A stretch of 64,000 bases of DNA from assembly GCA_963776115.1 (NCBI GenBank), contig CAVZLS010000023.1:193093-257092 (forward strand), written 5' to 3'. Shown here one piece after another: positions 9,398 to 20,365 of the stretch. Every line of letters starts with the position of its first letter. Position 1 is the stretch's first letter. The notes under the pieces are model-generated. The model saw only the letters and a program-made list of their open reading frames with translations. It ran no database searches and was not told where the DNA came from. A program made the translations under genes and the position numbers. Origin of the DNA: an uncultured Alphaproteobacteria bacterium (lineage in GTDB: Bacteria; Pseudomonadota; Alphaproteobacteria; Rhizobiales; Rhizobiaceae).

Positions 9398-11213
9398 ATG
9401 GCTTTATTTCGTAAAGACCTGCGCGGCGGCGCATTCCGCAGCGTTCTTGGATTCACCTGGTTACACTGGCAGCGACAGCCGGTGCGTATCGCCGTGATTG
9501 CTGGTGCAGTGTTGCTCTCGACACTGGCCGACGTGTTGACGCCGCTCTATTCTGGCCGGTTGGTCGATGCTGTGGTCAACGGTCACGCCACCGAGGCAGT
9601 CGTCTGGGATGCAGCAATCGCTGCGTTCTCGACACTTCTTGCCTTGTCACTCGGTGCAATCATCTTGCGGCACATCACCTTCATGCAGATCGTTGATCTG
9701 ACATTGAACATGATGACGGAAATTGCCTCCGGTGCGTTCTACCGCATCCAGCGTTTCTCGAGCGAGTGGCATGCCAACAGCTTTGCCGGCTCGACCGTAC
9801 GCAAGGTAACACGCGGCATGTGGGCGCTGGACTTGTTGAACGATACGCTGCTGCTGGCGCTGTTTCCGTCGGTGATCATGCTGATTGGTTCAACCGCGCT
9901 GATGGCGTGGTACTGGCCATTGATGGGTGTAATCATCGGCATCGGATCGTTCTTGTTCGTCGCGGTCACCGCATCGCTGTCGCTCGGTTACGTTGCGCCC
10001 ATGGCAAGCCTCGCTAACCGCTGGGATACCAAGCTCGGCGGTTCGCTCGCCGACGCCGTCAGTTGCAACATGGTGGTCAAGGGTTTCGGTGCGGAAAGCC
10101 GTGAAGATGCACGTCTGGCGAAAGTCCTGACCAAATGGCAGGACCGGACGGCGCGCACCTGGATTCGTGGTACCTGGAACGGCACGTCTCAAGGAACGAT
10201 GCTGCTTGTGCTGCGGGCTGCGGTCATCGGTTTCGCGCTGATCCTGTGGTCGAAGGGGCAGGCGAGTGCGGGTGATATCACCTTCGTGCTTACCTCATTC
10301 TTTATCCTGCAGGGCTATTTGCGGGAAGTTGGCATGCACATCCGCAATTTGCAGCGCTCGGTCAATGACATGGAGGAGCTTGTTGATATCCAGAGTCAAC
10401 CGCTTGGTATTGAAGACCGGCCCGGCGCGAAGCCGATCCGGATCAGCAATGGCAAGATCGAGTTCGACAATGTGACGTTCCACTATGGCGCACATCGCCT
10501 GCCGCTTTATGACCGGTTTTCGGTGACGATCCGGGCAGGCGAACGTGTCGGCCTGGTTGGTCATTCAGGTTCGGGCAAGACGACGTTCGTCAAGCTGATC
10601 CAGCGATTGCATGATGTGAAGTCGGGCCGGATCCTGATCGATGGTCAGGATATTGCCGGGGTCACACAGGCTTCGCTACGCCAGCAGATCGCTATCGTGC
10701 AACAGGAGCCAATCCTGTTTCACCGTTCGCTGGCGGAGAATATCGCCTATGCCCGGCCCGGTGCCACGCAGGGTGAGATCGAAGAAGCTGCAAGACAGGC
10801 CAGCGCGCATGACTTTATCTCGGCGTTGCCGAAGGGATACAGCACGCTGGTGGGCGAACGCGGTGTCAAGCTTTCCGGCGGCGAGCGCCAGAGAGTGGCC
10901 ATTGCCCGGGCTTTCCTTGCGGATGCTCCCGTTCTCATTCTGGACGAGGCCACTTCCAGCCTCGATTCAGAATTCGGAAGTGCTGATCCAGCAGGCGATG
11001 GAGCGGCTGATGCTGGGGCGGACGACATTGGTGATCGCACACCGTCTGTCGACCGTGCGCTCGCTCGACCGGCTCCTGGTTTTCGAGCATGGCCGTATTG
11101 CCGAAGAGGGTAACCACGAGGCATTGATCGGGCTCAATGGCGGCATTTATCGTGGCTTGTTCGAGTTGCAAACACTCGAACTGACCAAGGGGCTTGTCCT
11201 CAACGATGACTAA
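9398..11213 (+). CDS. ABC exporter, fused permease + ATPase (MsbA/MdlB-like); one +1 frameshift near 10973
   Basis: TM domain, [28 protein letters not shown]; continues in the next frame as [12 protein letters not shown]...IAHRLST. Confidence 0.9.
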
Positions 11214-11214
11214 G

Positions 11215-11246
11215 ATATGGGCCGCGCGCGAGCGCGGCCCATATTG
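11215..11246. terminator. GC-rich hairpin, probable terminator
   Basis: atatgggccgcgc-gcga-gcgcggcccatat perfect inverted repeat; no clear U tract. Confidence 0.55.
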
Positions 11247-11278
11247 CCATTGCTGGCTCTATCCGATATGCCGCAAGC

Positions 11279-12652
11279 ATGACCATCACCGTCCGTTTTG
11301 CACCATCTCCGACCGGCTATATCCACATTGGCAATACGCGTATTGCCTTGTTCAACTGGCTTTTCGCCCTCAAGAACAATGGCCAATTCATCCTGCGCTT
11401 TGACGATACGGATACTGTTCGTTCCAAGACGGAATATGCCGAGGCGACGATCGCGGACCTCGACTGGCTGGGTATCAAACCAGTGCGCATCGAATACCAG
11501 TCGAAGCGTATCCCGATCTATGATGCTGCGGCCGATAGGCTCAAGGCAGCGGGTGTGCTTTATCCCTGCTATGAGACTGCCGAGGAACTTGAACGCAAGC
11601 GCAAGCTGCGCCTGGCGCGGCGCCTCCCTCCAATCTATGGGCGCGATGCCCTGAAGCTGACGCCAGCCGACAGGGAAAAGCTTGAGGCGGAAGGGCGCCG
11701 GCCGCATTGGCGCTTCCTTCTGCCAAACTTCAAGGACGATCCGTTTTCAGTAGCAAGGACCGAAGTTCACTGGGACGATCTTGTGCGCGACAGGGAAACG
11801 GTTGATCTCGCCTCGCTCTCTGATCCGGTTCTGGTACGGGAAGATGGCACCTATCTCTACACGTTCACTTCGGTCGTTGACGACATCGACATGGACATCT
11901 CCCATATCATCCGCGGCAACGACCACATTACCAATAGTGGCGTACAGATCGCGATCATCGAGGCTCTTGGGGCAAAGGTTCCCGAACTTGGTCACATCAA
12001 CCTCCTGACCACGGCGTCGGGAGAGGGGATTTCCAAGCGTACCGGCGCGCTTTCGATCGGCAGTTTGCGTCGTGACGGCTATGAACCAATGGCTGTGGCC
12101 AGTCTTGCCGTGTTGATTGGGACGTCGGAGAATGTGACTGCCGTACCGGACATGGCGACGCTGGCCGATATTTTCGACCCCGCGGCAACCTCCAAATCGG
12201 CTTCGAAGTTCGACCCGGCTGAACTGGATGCGCTCAACCGCGCCCTGATCCACGCAATGCCCTATGCGCAAGCAAAGGATCGCCTTGCAGCGCTTGGCAT
12301 CGAGGGCGACCGGGCCGAAGAATTCTGGCTCGCGGTTCGGGGCAATCTTTCGCGCATTTCGGATGCGACCGGTTGGTGGAAGATTATCAAGGACGGTCCT
12401 GCGACGGACGAACAGCTTGCCGAAGAGGACCGCGAATTCGTGCGTGCCGCTTTCGATCTACTACCGCCTGAGCCCTGGAACCGCGAGACCTGGAAGCTAT
12501 GGACCGATGCGGTGAAAGCTCAGAGCGGACGCAAGGGCAAGCCGCTGTTCATGCCACTGCGTATCGCGCTTACTGGGCTGTCTTCTGGTCCGGAGCTCGC
12601 AGATTTATTGCCCCTTCTTGGTCGGGAAGGAACGTTGGCCCGACGACCCTGA
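11279..12652 (+). CDS. gltX: glutamate--tRNA ligase
   Basis: [34 protein letters not shown] (KMSKS variant), MPLRIALTG. Confidence 0.95.
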   Translation: MTITVRFAPSPTGYIHIGNTRIALFNWLFALKNNGQFILRFDDTDTVRSKTEYAEATIADLDWLGIKPVRIEYQSKRIPIYDAAADRLKAAGVLYPCYETAEELERKRKLRLARRLPPIYGRDALKLTPADREKLEAEGRRPHWRFLLPNFKDDPFSVARTEVHWDDLVRDRETVDLASLSDPVLVREDGTYLYTFTSVVDDIDMDISHIIRGNDHITNSGVQIAIIEALGAKVPELGHINLLTTASGEGISKRTGALSIGSLRRDGYEPMAVASLAVLIGTSENVTAVPDMATLADIFDPAATSKSASKFDPAELDALNRALIHAMPYAQAKDRLAALGIEGDRAEEFWLAVRGNLSRISDATGWWKIIKDGPATDEQLAEEDREFVRAAFDLLPPEPWNRETWKLWTDAVKAQSGRKGKPLFMPLRIALTGLSSGPELADLLPLLGREGTLARRP

Positions 12653-13494
12653 CCTTGCGGTTCGGATCGATCGGCTTGTCGCCGGTAAGCGGCTGCGGCA
12701 GCAGTGCTTCCGTCTTGGTCTTTGCGGGTTCACCCAGCTGAATAATCGACGAGGGATTTTCGGTCGATTGAGCTGCCGGCACTGTCGGCTCGACGGTGTG
12801 TTTCAACAGGCTTCGCCGGTTCGACAATTTTGGCTGGTTCACCGGGCTTTCCTGTGGCTGATGTCGCCGCCGCTGGATTGCCCAATGTGGTGAAATTTCC
12901 GGCCGATCTCTGGCAACCGCATTGCGGCGTTCCATTGGCTCCTACCTTCCTGAATTTGAAGGCATTCGGCATATCCTTGTAATCTTCGCCGCTTAACGAG
13001 GTCATCCTTTCAGGATTTGGATTGTCTGTGGGCTGATAGTACAGCTTCGCGCCGGGACACTGGGACTGGCACTGCGCCTGATCGCGTGAGAAATTCTCCG
13101 CGCCGGTTTCATAGGAGAGCGGGAAGTAGTAGCCGTCACATGCACGCACGCAAAGCGTCTGGTATCGGCCGCCATAGACCGGAGCTGTACTCATTTCCGG
13201 CTCGACAGGTTCCGGCTCTTTCCCCAGAACCTCGTAAGACTGCGAGCCCGCCGTGTCCGGCTCCGGGTCATCATAGACGCGGTCGTCCACGGCAGAACAA
13301 TTATTGGCATCGAGCGCGGCCTCGACGCGGTCACGCCGCAAACTGAGTTCGAAATCATCGACATCGGCGTTGCGGTTGAGCTGGTCAAGCCGGTCCAGCA
13401 TGCGCGCGCAAATATCTGAATTTGCGAAAGAAAGTTGCGTCGCCGCCAGGACGGCGGTCGCTGCTATGAAGGCGATCTGAAATGTCCGGTACAT
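12570..13494 (-). CDS. exported DUF2865 domain protein; one +1 frameshift near 12800
   Basis: Signal peptide; [17 protein letters not shown] and PNAFKFR..CGC; C-terminal [12 protein letters not shown] lies in the other frame. Confidence 0.85.
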
Positions 13495-13584
13495 GCGGCG
13501 GCCCAAGATTGTCATGCGCATTCGAGGCGAGTGAATGCGCACGAACCAGCCACGGCCATGCGGCAGCAATAAGACACCCGCCTG

Positions 13585-15882
13585 TTAATCAACGCGTTGT
13601 GATGCTTCCACCACCGCCAGTGCCGTCATGTTGACGATACCGCGCGATGTGACCGACGGCGTCAGGATATGTGCGGGCTTGGCGGCACCGAGCAGGATCG
13701 GGCCGACATGCAACGCATCGGTGACGGATTTGACGACGTTGAGGGTGATGTTCGCCGCGTCGAGATTAGGGAAGACCAGGAGATTGGCTTCGTCGCTCAG
13801 CCGCGAATGCGGAAGTACGCGCTCGCGCAGGATCGCCGAAAGCGCGGAATCGCCATGCATTTCGCCATCCTGCTCCAGATCAGGCGCCTTGACGCGCAGG
13901 ATTTCTGATGCGCTCCGCATCTTTGCTGCACTTTCGGAATCGCGTGAACCGAAATTGGAATGCGAGAGCAAGGCTGCCTTGGGCTCGATGCCGAAGCGGC
14001 GGATTTCGTTGGCGGCAAGAACCGTTTTTTCAGCGATTTCCTCGGCAGTCGGATCGATACTGACATAGGTGTCAGTCAGGAACAGCACGCCGCGTTGCGA
14101 AATCAGCAGGCTCAGCGCGGAGAAATTGCGTATGCCCTCCAGTTTTCCAATAATCTGGTCGACATTACGCAAGTGCCGCTCAAAACGGCCTTCAAGACCG
14201 CAGATCATTGCGTCGGCTTCACCGCGAACGATAGCAAGTGCTGCGATGACGGTGCCACTAGCGCGAACCATGGTGCGAGCGACTTCCGGCGTTGTGCCCC
14301 GCCGTCCTGTGAGATTGAGCAGCAGATCGACGTAATCGCGATAACGCGGATCGTCCTCGGGATTGATGACATCGAAATCGGTGCCGATCTTGATCTTCAG
14401 CCCATAGCGCTGCAGACGCGTCTCTATGACCTGCGGGCGTCCAATCAGGGTCGGGATGGCGATGCCTTCTTCCAGCACAACCTGGGCTGCGCGCAAGACC
14501 CGTTCATCCTCGCCATCCGCATAGATGACGCGCTTCTTCTCCGCCGTTTTTGCTGCAGTGAAGATCGGCTTCATGATCAGGCCGGAGCGGAAGACGAAGC
14601 GATTCAACCGGTCGAGATAGGCGTCGAAATCCTCGATCGGACGTTCGGCAACGCCGGTGTCCATCGCGGCTTTGGCGACCGCCGGTGCGATCCGCAGAAT
14701 GAGGCGCTGATCGAACGGCGAGGGGATGAGGTAATTCGGTCCGAACGTAGGCGTTTCGCCGGAATAGGCGCGGGCGGCAACGTCCGATGGTTCTTCGCGA
14801 GCGAGCGCGGCAATAGCCTGTACTGCCGCCATCTTCATTTCCTCGTTGATCGCCCGCGCACCGCAATCGAGTGCGCCGCGGAAGATGAACGGGAAGCAGA
14901 GGACGTTGTTGACCTGGTTGGGAAAGTCCGAACGGCCGGTACAAATCATCGCATCGGCACGCGCCGCGCGCGCCTCATCCGGCATGATCTCCGGGTTGGG
15001 GTTGGCCAAGGCCATGATCAGCGGGTTCGGTGCCATCTGCTTCAATAGCTCGGGCTTCAGCACACCGGCGGCCGAAAGGCCGAGAAAGACGTCAGCTCCG
15101 CCAATGACATCTGCGAGAACCCGCGCATCGGTTTTCTGCACGTAGACCGATTTCCAGCGGTCCATCAGCGTATTGCGGCCCTCATAGACGACACCATCAA
15201 TATCGCAGACCCAGATGTTCTTGCGGTCAACGCCGAGCTTCACCAGGAGGTTCAGGCAAGCGATTGCCGCAGCGCCGGCCCCGGAAGCAACGATCTTGAT
15301 CTTGGAGAGCTCTTTTCCGGCAAGTTCCATGCCGTTGAGAATAGCCGCCGCCACGATGATCGCAGTTCCATGCTGATCGTCATGGAACACCGGGATGTTC
15401 ATTTTGGCGCGAAGTTGTTCCTCGACCTCAAAACATTCCGGCGACTTGATGTCTTCGAGATTGATGCCGCCGAAAGTCGGCTCCAGAGCCGCTACCACAT
15501 CGACGATCTTGCTGATTTCCTGGGCGTCGATTTCGATATCGAACACATCGATATTGGCGAATTTCTTGAAGAGGACGGCCTTGCCTTCCATGACGGGCTT
15601 GGACGCGAGCGGGCCGATATTGCCGAGGCCGAGGACAGCGGTGCCATTGGAGATGACTGCCACCAGATTGGCGCGGCTGGTATAGTCGGCGGCCGTTGCA
15701 GGATCCTCGTGAATCGCCAGACATGGCGCGGCGACACCGGGAGAATAGGCAAGGGCAAGATCGCGCTGATTTCCAAGCGGCTTCGTCGCCTGGATTTCCA
15801 GCTTACCCGGCTGAGGAAAGCGATGATAAAACAGCGCGCTTTCTTCAAGATCAGAGTTGCTGGGCGTTTGGTCGTTGGCCAT
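13585..15882 (-). CDS. dme: malic enzyme with PTA-like C-terminal domain (MaeB/Dme type)
   Basis: [30 protein letters not shown]; N-terminus resembles rhizobial Dme as I recall it; GGAGGA RBS. Confidence 0.9.
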   Translation of the reverse strand: MANDQTPSNSDLEESALFYHRFPQPGKLEIQATKPLGNQRDLALAYSPGVAAPCLAIHEDPATAADYTSRANLVAVISNGTAVLGLGNIGPLASKPVMEGKAVLFKKFANIDVFDIEIDAQEISKIVDVVAALEPTFGGINLEDIKSPECFEVEEQLRAKMNIPVFHDDQHGTAIIVAAAILNGMELAGKELSKIKIVASGAGAAAIACLNLLVKLGVDRKNIWVCDIDGVVYEGRNTLMDRWKSVYVQKTDARVLADVIGGADVFLGLSAAGVLKPELLKQMAPNPLIMALANPNPEIMPDEARAARADAMICTGRSDFPNQVNNVLCFPFIFRGALDCGARAINEEMKMAAVQAIAALAREEPSDVAARAYSGETPTFGPNYLIPSPFDQRLILRIAPAVAKAAMDTGVAERPIEDFDAYLDRLNRFVFRSGLIMKPIFTAAKTAEKKRVIYADGEDERVLRAAQVVLEEGIAIPTLIGRPQVIETRLQRYGLKIKIGTDFDVINPEDDPRYRDYVDLLLNLTGRRGTTPEVARTMVRASGTVIAALAIVRGEADAMICGLEGRFERHLRNVDQIIGKLEGIRNFSALSLLISQRGVLFLTDTYVSIDPTAEEIAEKTVLAANEIRRFGIEPKAALLSHSNFGSRDSESAAKMRSASEILRVKAPDLEQDGEMHGDSALSAILRERVLPHSRLSDEANLLVFPNLDAANITLNVVKSVTDALHVGPILLGAAKPAHILTPSVTSRGIVNMTALAVVEASQRVD

Positions 15883-16025
15883 TGACGATGTCCTCCGGGA
15901 TTTGGCTCGCGCGTTTATACACTGGCGATTCAAATTTTCCAGCACGCTAAAATGTCATCCAGAGGCATAACCGAACGCCATTTTGTTACAAGTGCTTATC
16001 TTGCCGAAACACGCACTTTTCCGTG

Positions 16026-16043
16026 CCGTCATAAGACTGTTGC
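16026..16043 (+). promoter_or_regulatory. Pho box (PhoB site)
   Basis: CCGTCAT-AAGA-CTGTTGC matches CTGTCAT-N4-CTGTCAT, about 65 bp upstream of the plcP-like gene. Confidence 0.65.
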
Positions 16044-16108
16044 ATGAATCAGGTTTGTGTCAGCGCAAATGGACGCGCCTTTGCGTCAGCTGAACGGAGA
16101 TCAGCATC

Positions 16109-16930
16109 ATGGTCGAGATCGAGGCCCGCAAATTCCGCACGCTTTTCCTGTCCGATGTGCATCTCGGCTCGAAAGGTGCGAAGGCCAGTTTTCTGCTGGA
16201 TTTTCTGAAATACCACGATGCCGATACGATCTTTCTGGTTGGTGATATCGTTGATGGCTGGCGCCTGCGCCGTAGCTGGCATTGGCCACAAGAGCACAAT
16301 GACATTGTGCAGAAGCTCCTGCGCAAAAGCCGCAAGGGCGCTCGTATCTTCTACATCGCCGGCAATCATGATGAGTTCCTACGTGATTTCCAGGGAACGC
16401 ATTTCGGCGGGATCGAGGTCATGGACCGGATCATGCATGAGACCGCGGACGGCCGGAAATTCCTCGTCATCCATGGCGACCAGTTCGACGTGGTCGTGCG
16501 CAATGCCCGCCATATCGCCTATCTCGGCGATTGGGCCTATGACGCCGCGCTTGCAATAAACACGATCATGAACAAGGTACGGCGCATGCTTGGCCTGCGC
16601 TACTGGTCGTTTTCGGCTTGGGCAAAGTTCCGGGTCAAGAAGGCAGTGAACTTCATCGGGTCGTTCCAGACGGTGGTTTCGGATGAGGCCCGGCGCATTG
16701 GCGCGGATGGCGTGATCTGCGGCCATATCCACCACGCAACGATCGAGCAGATCGACGGCATCGAATACATCAATACCGGCGATTGGGTTGAAAGCTGCAC
16801 GGCTATCGTCGAGCACTTCGATGGTCGCATGGAACTTCTGTCGTGGACGCATCTGATCGGCGAAGAGGCCGGCTTTGCGCCTGTCGTCCGGCTGGATGAC
16901 AAGCGTCCAAAGGCGGCGAATGCAGCCTGA
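16109..16930 (+). CDS. plcP: metallophosphoesterase, PlcP-type phospholipase C (often annotated UDP-2,3-diacylglucosamine hydrolase)
   Basis: SDVHLG, GDIVD, GNHD, HGD, CGHIH motifs; Pho box upstream, GT4 gene downstream, adjacent to dme. Confidence 0.75.
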   Translation: MVEIEARKFRTLFLSDVHLGSKGAKASFLLDFLKYHDADTIFLVGDIVDGWRLRRSWHWPQEHNDIVQKLLRKSRKGARIFYIAGNHDEFLRDFQGTHFGGIEVMDRIMHETADGRKFLVIHGDQFDVVVRNARHIAYLGDWAYDAALAINTIMNKVRRMLGLRYWSFSAWAKFRVKKAVNFIGSFQTVVSDEARRIGADGVICGHIHHATIEQIDGIEYINTGDWVESCTAIVEHFDGRMELLSWTHLIGEEAGFAPVVRLDDKRPKAANAA

Positions 16931-17996
16931 GGGTCAAGCGAAGCGCCTGGTCATCGTCTCGGATGCGTGGCACCCGCAAGTCAATGGCGTGGTTCGTACG
17001 CTGACCAAGCTGCGCGAGCAAATGGAAGCGCGCGGCTTTGAAGTGACGATCATCTCGCCTGCCGATTATCGTTCTGCGCCTTGCCCGACCTATCCGGAAA
17101 TCCGTCTGGCGTTGACGCATCCCCTTGCCATCAGGGCGCGCATCGAAGCGCTGCAGCCGGCTTACGTCCATATCGCGACCGAAGGTCCTCTCGGTATCAT
17201 GGCACGCCGTGCGTGCCTCAAGAATAATTGGCGCTTCACCACCAGCTTCCATACGCGTTTTCCCGAATATCTGCGCGAGCGGCTACCTGTGCCTCTGTCA
17301 TGGTCCTATGGCTTCCTGCGGCGTTTCCATAATGCAGCCGAACATTGTCTGGTCCCGACGCAATCGATCCATGACGAACTGGCCGAACGCGGCTTTGCGA
17401 CGCTGAAAGTGTGGACGCGGGGCGTCGACCGTGAGCTTTTCCGGCCGCAACCCGATGTCGATCTCAAACTGCCCCGCCCCGTCTTTCTCTGCGTCGGCCG
17501 TGTCGCGCCTGAAAAAAACCTCGAATCCTTCCTGTCTCTTGATCTGCCAGGCACCAAACTGATCGTAGGCGACGGTCCGGATCTGGATGAACTGAAGCGG
17601 AAGTATCCCGATGCGGTGTTTGCCGGGAAGCAAGAAGGCGAAACCCTTGCTCGCTATTATGCTGGATCGGATGTCTTCGTCTTTCCGAGCCGCACGGACA
17701 CGTTCGGTCTTGTTCTGCTCGAAGCCATAGCCTGCGGGCTGCCTGTTGCAGGTTATCCCGTACCGGGCCCCAAGGATGTCATCGGTGCGTCAGGCGCGGG
17801 CGTTCTTTCCGACAATCTGCAGAAGGCCGCGTTGGGTGCGCTGGAAATGGGCCGGGTCGATCCGGACGTGAGGCTCAAAGGCTTCAGCTGGGAAGCCTGC
17901 GCCGACATATTCGAGAGCGTGCTGACGACGATTGGCGGTGCGACTGCGCCTGCACCACGCAAAGTAAAATCCGGCAAGATAGTATCAGCGCGATAA
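16920..17996 (+). CDS. GT4 glycosyltransferase, Agt-like glycolipid synthase
   Basis: DAWHPQVNGVVRTL, HIATEGPLG, FPSRTDTFGLVLLEA; overlaps the plcP-like stop. Confidence 0.85.
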   Translation: MQPEGQAKRLVIVSDAWHPQVNGVVRTLTKLREQMEARGFEVTIISPADYRSAPCPTYPEIRLALTHPLAIRARIEALQPAYVHIATEGPLGIMARRACLKNNWRFTTSFHTRFPEYLRERLPVPLSWSYGFLRRFHNAAEHCLVPTQSIHDELAERGFATLKVWTRGVDRELFRPQPDVDLKLPRPVFLCVGRVAPEKNLESFLSLDLPGTKLIVGDGPDLDELKRKYPDAVFAGKQEGETLARYYAGSDVFVFPSRTDTFGLVLLEAIACGLPVAGYPVPGPKDVIGASGAGVLSDNLQKAALGALEMGRVDPDVRLKGFSWEACADIFESVLTTIGGATAPAPRKVKSGKIVSAR

Positions 17997-18124
17997 CAAC
18001 ATGTTAGTTGCGGATGACACTCCAGCGTTTCTAGGCGCTTGGCGAATTTCGTGATAGTTGCGAATCTCAGGCAACGCAGGGTTGCGATTCCACCTGAACC
18101 GCTCGATCTTCCGAAAGTTTTTCC

Positions 18125-19328
18125 ATGACAGCCGCTGCAGCGGACACCAGCCAGGACATGCCGTTTCGCTTCGAGCTGCGGGTTGCGCTGGCTTATTTTG
18201 CGATTTTCACATCGAGCGGCTTGCATCTGCCGTACTTTCCGTTGTGGCTCGAATATCGCGCGCTGACACCGACGCAAATCTCCATCGTATTGTCCATGCC
18301 GCTGTTCGTGCGTGTCGTCGCCGCGCCGCTGGTATCGATGCTCGCCGACCGTTCGAATGATCGCGCTCACATACTGACCATGGCAACGATTCTGGCCGTC
18401 ATCGTCGGCGCCTTCTATTTCGTGCCGTTCGGCTTCATCGGAATTCTGATCGTATCCCTGATGCTTGCTCCGCCATGGACGTCGCAGGTGCCGCTGGCCG
18501 ATACGATCGCGCTGTCCGGCGTCCGCCGGTACGGCGCCGATTTCGCCAGAGATGCGCGTATGGGGCTCGATATCGTTTCTGCTCACGTCTTTCGTTGGCG
18601 GTGTGTTCATCCAGCAAGTGGGTGAGCACATCATCCCGTGGGCACTTTTAGCCACGCTGATAGCAGCCTGTGGCATGAGCTTCATCGTGCCGCGCATCGG
18701 CAAGCCGAGGCGTCTTTCACCGCTATCGGATGTGGATATCGCCGATGCGGGGAGGGCGCTGCGCAGGCCGGCTTTCGTTACCTTTCTCATTGCCACCGGC
18801 ATCACGCAGGCGAGCCACGCCTATGGCTACAGTTTTTCCGCGATCTACTGGAAATCGATCGGCATCGAGGAGACTATGATCGGCGCGCTGTGGTCGATTT
18901 CCGTCGTCGCCGAAGTCATCATGTTTACGTTTTTCCGTCGACTGTTCGGCCGCCTGCATCCGGCTAAAGTCCTGATCATCGGCTCGGCCGCCGCGATGTT
19001 CCGTTGGGCGGTTTTTCCGCTCATTGCACCCGCCGGTCTTGGTGTTGCCGGGTTTCTCGCCGTCCAGAGCCTGCACGCGTTTTCCTTCGCGCTGTCGTTC
19101 CTCGGCATGCAGAAAATGATAGCACTCACCATACCCGAGGAACGCGGCGGCACCGCACAAGGGCTTTCGACGTTTTTCATCGGTACATCGCTCGCCATCG
19201 CCACCATGGCGTCGGGCCCGCTCTACAGCGCCACCGGAATCAATGGTTTTTACGTGATGGTAGTTCTCGCTGCGTGCGGTCTCGGCCTCGCTATCGTTTC
19301 ACTAAGGCTGGAGCAACGAGAGGGTTAG
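18125..19328 (+). CDS. MFS transporter (HcaT / MFS_1_like); one +1 frameshift near 18550
   Basis: LPYFPLWL, MRVWGSISF, QASHA, SVVAEV, QSLHAFSF split over two ORFs. Confidence 0.85.
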
Positions 19329-20308
19329 CCCCACAGTTCGGGGAGTGGCGGCGAAATGCGGCTGCCTTCGAACAAGAGGCCGGGTTTGCGGTCTTCGCGC
19401 AGGATCAACGGTCCGTCGAGATCGACGAAATCCGCATCCTGCGCCAGCAGTACTGCAGGTGCCATGGCCAAGGACGTCCCGACCATACATCCGACCATGA
19501 TACCAAACCCAAGCTCGCGGGCGCGCTTCTGCATCCGCAGCGCTTCGGTGAGGCCTCCCGTTTTGTCGAGCTTGATATTGATGCTGTCGTAGCGGCCAAG
19601 GAGTGTGTGGAGATCGTCTGTGCCATGGGCACTCTCATCAGCGCAGATGGGCACCGGATGCGGAATTTTGGTGAGGATGGCATCTTTGCCGGCTGGCAGA
19701 GGTTGTTCGATCAGCACGACGCCGGCTTTCGCTGCAGCCAACATGTTTTCAACAATGTTTTCATCGCTCCAGCCTTCATTGGCATCAAGGATGATGCGGC
19801 TTGAAGGTGCGGCGTCGGCGACCGCTCGAATGCGCTCGGCATCGTTCTCGCCGCCAACCTTGACCTTGATCAACGGACGGTCGGCGAAGTCCCGAGCCGC
19901 GGCAGCCATGGTCGGGACATCGCCGAAGGAAACGGTCACCGCTGTCGTCAGATCGTGCAAAGGTGACAAGCCAAGAATATCAGCAACAGTTTTGCCACTG
20001 CGTTTTGCCTCCAGGTCCCACAATGCGCAATCGACCGCATTGCGGGCCGCGCCAGCACCGATCAATGCCGGCAAATCATCTCGTGTCGCGCCATTTGCCA
20101 ATGCCTCGCGTAGTCCTTCGATCTCGGCGCAAACGGAGTCCAGGCTTTCGCCATAGCGCGCATAGGGCACGCACTCGCCACGTCCGGTGAACGTTCCGTC
20201 AGACAGCGTGCAGAGCACGATGGCCGCCTCGGTTTTCGAGCCGCGAGAGATCGTAAATGTTCCGGCAATAGGCCAGCGCTCCACCGATATTTCTACGCTC
20301 ACAACCAT
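19325..20308 (-). CDS. dgcA: dipeptide epimerase / N-acetyl-D-Glu racemase (enolase superfamily)
   Basis: FTISRGSK, GECVPY, KVK, DANEGW, EQP, CADES, NIKLDKTGG, DLDGP. Confidence 0.85.
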   Translation of the reverse strand: MVVSVEISVERWPIAGTFTISRGSKTEAAIVLCTLSDGTFTGRGECVPYARYGESLDSVCAEIEGLREALANGATRDDLPALIGAGAARNAVDCALWDLEAKRSGKTVADILGLSPLHDLTTAVTVSFGDVPTMAAAARDFADRPLIKVKVGGENDAERIRAVADAAPSSRIILDANEGWSDENIVENMLAAAKAGVVLIEQPLPAGKDAILTKIPHPVPICADESAHGTDDLHTLLGRYDSINIKLDKTGGLTEALRMQKRARELGFGIMVGCMVGTSLAMAPAVLLAQDADFVDLDGPLILREDRKPGLLFEGSRISPPLPELWG

Positions 20309-20365
20309 ATTTCACGCCTTAATTGTTCAAGTGACAGGAAGCACGAGACTCGATATGTGTGTGTG

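Noticed and set aside
13960-15048. 362-aa plus-strand ORF, and similar long antisense ORFs at 25969-26769, 42357-43304, 56841-57815, 59537-60487 and 60680-61591
   Set aside because: Shadow frames opposite well-supported genes in GC-rich DNA; no recognisable motifs
16109-16930. Lipid A enzyme LpxH
   Set aside because: The Pho box, the GT4 partner and the GNHD (rather than GNRD) motif favour PlcP
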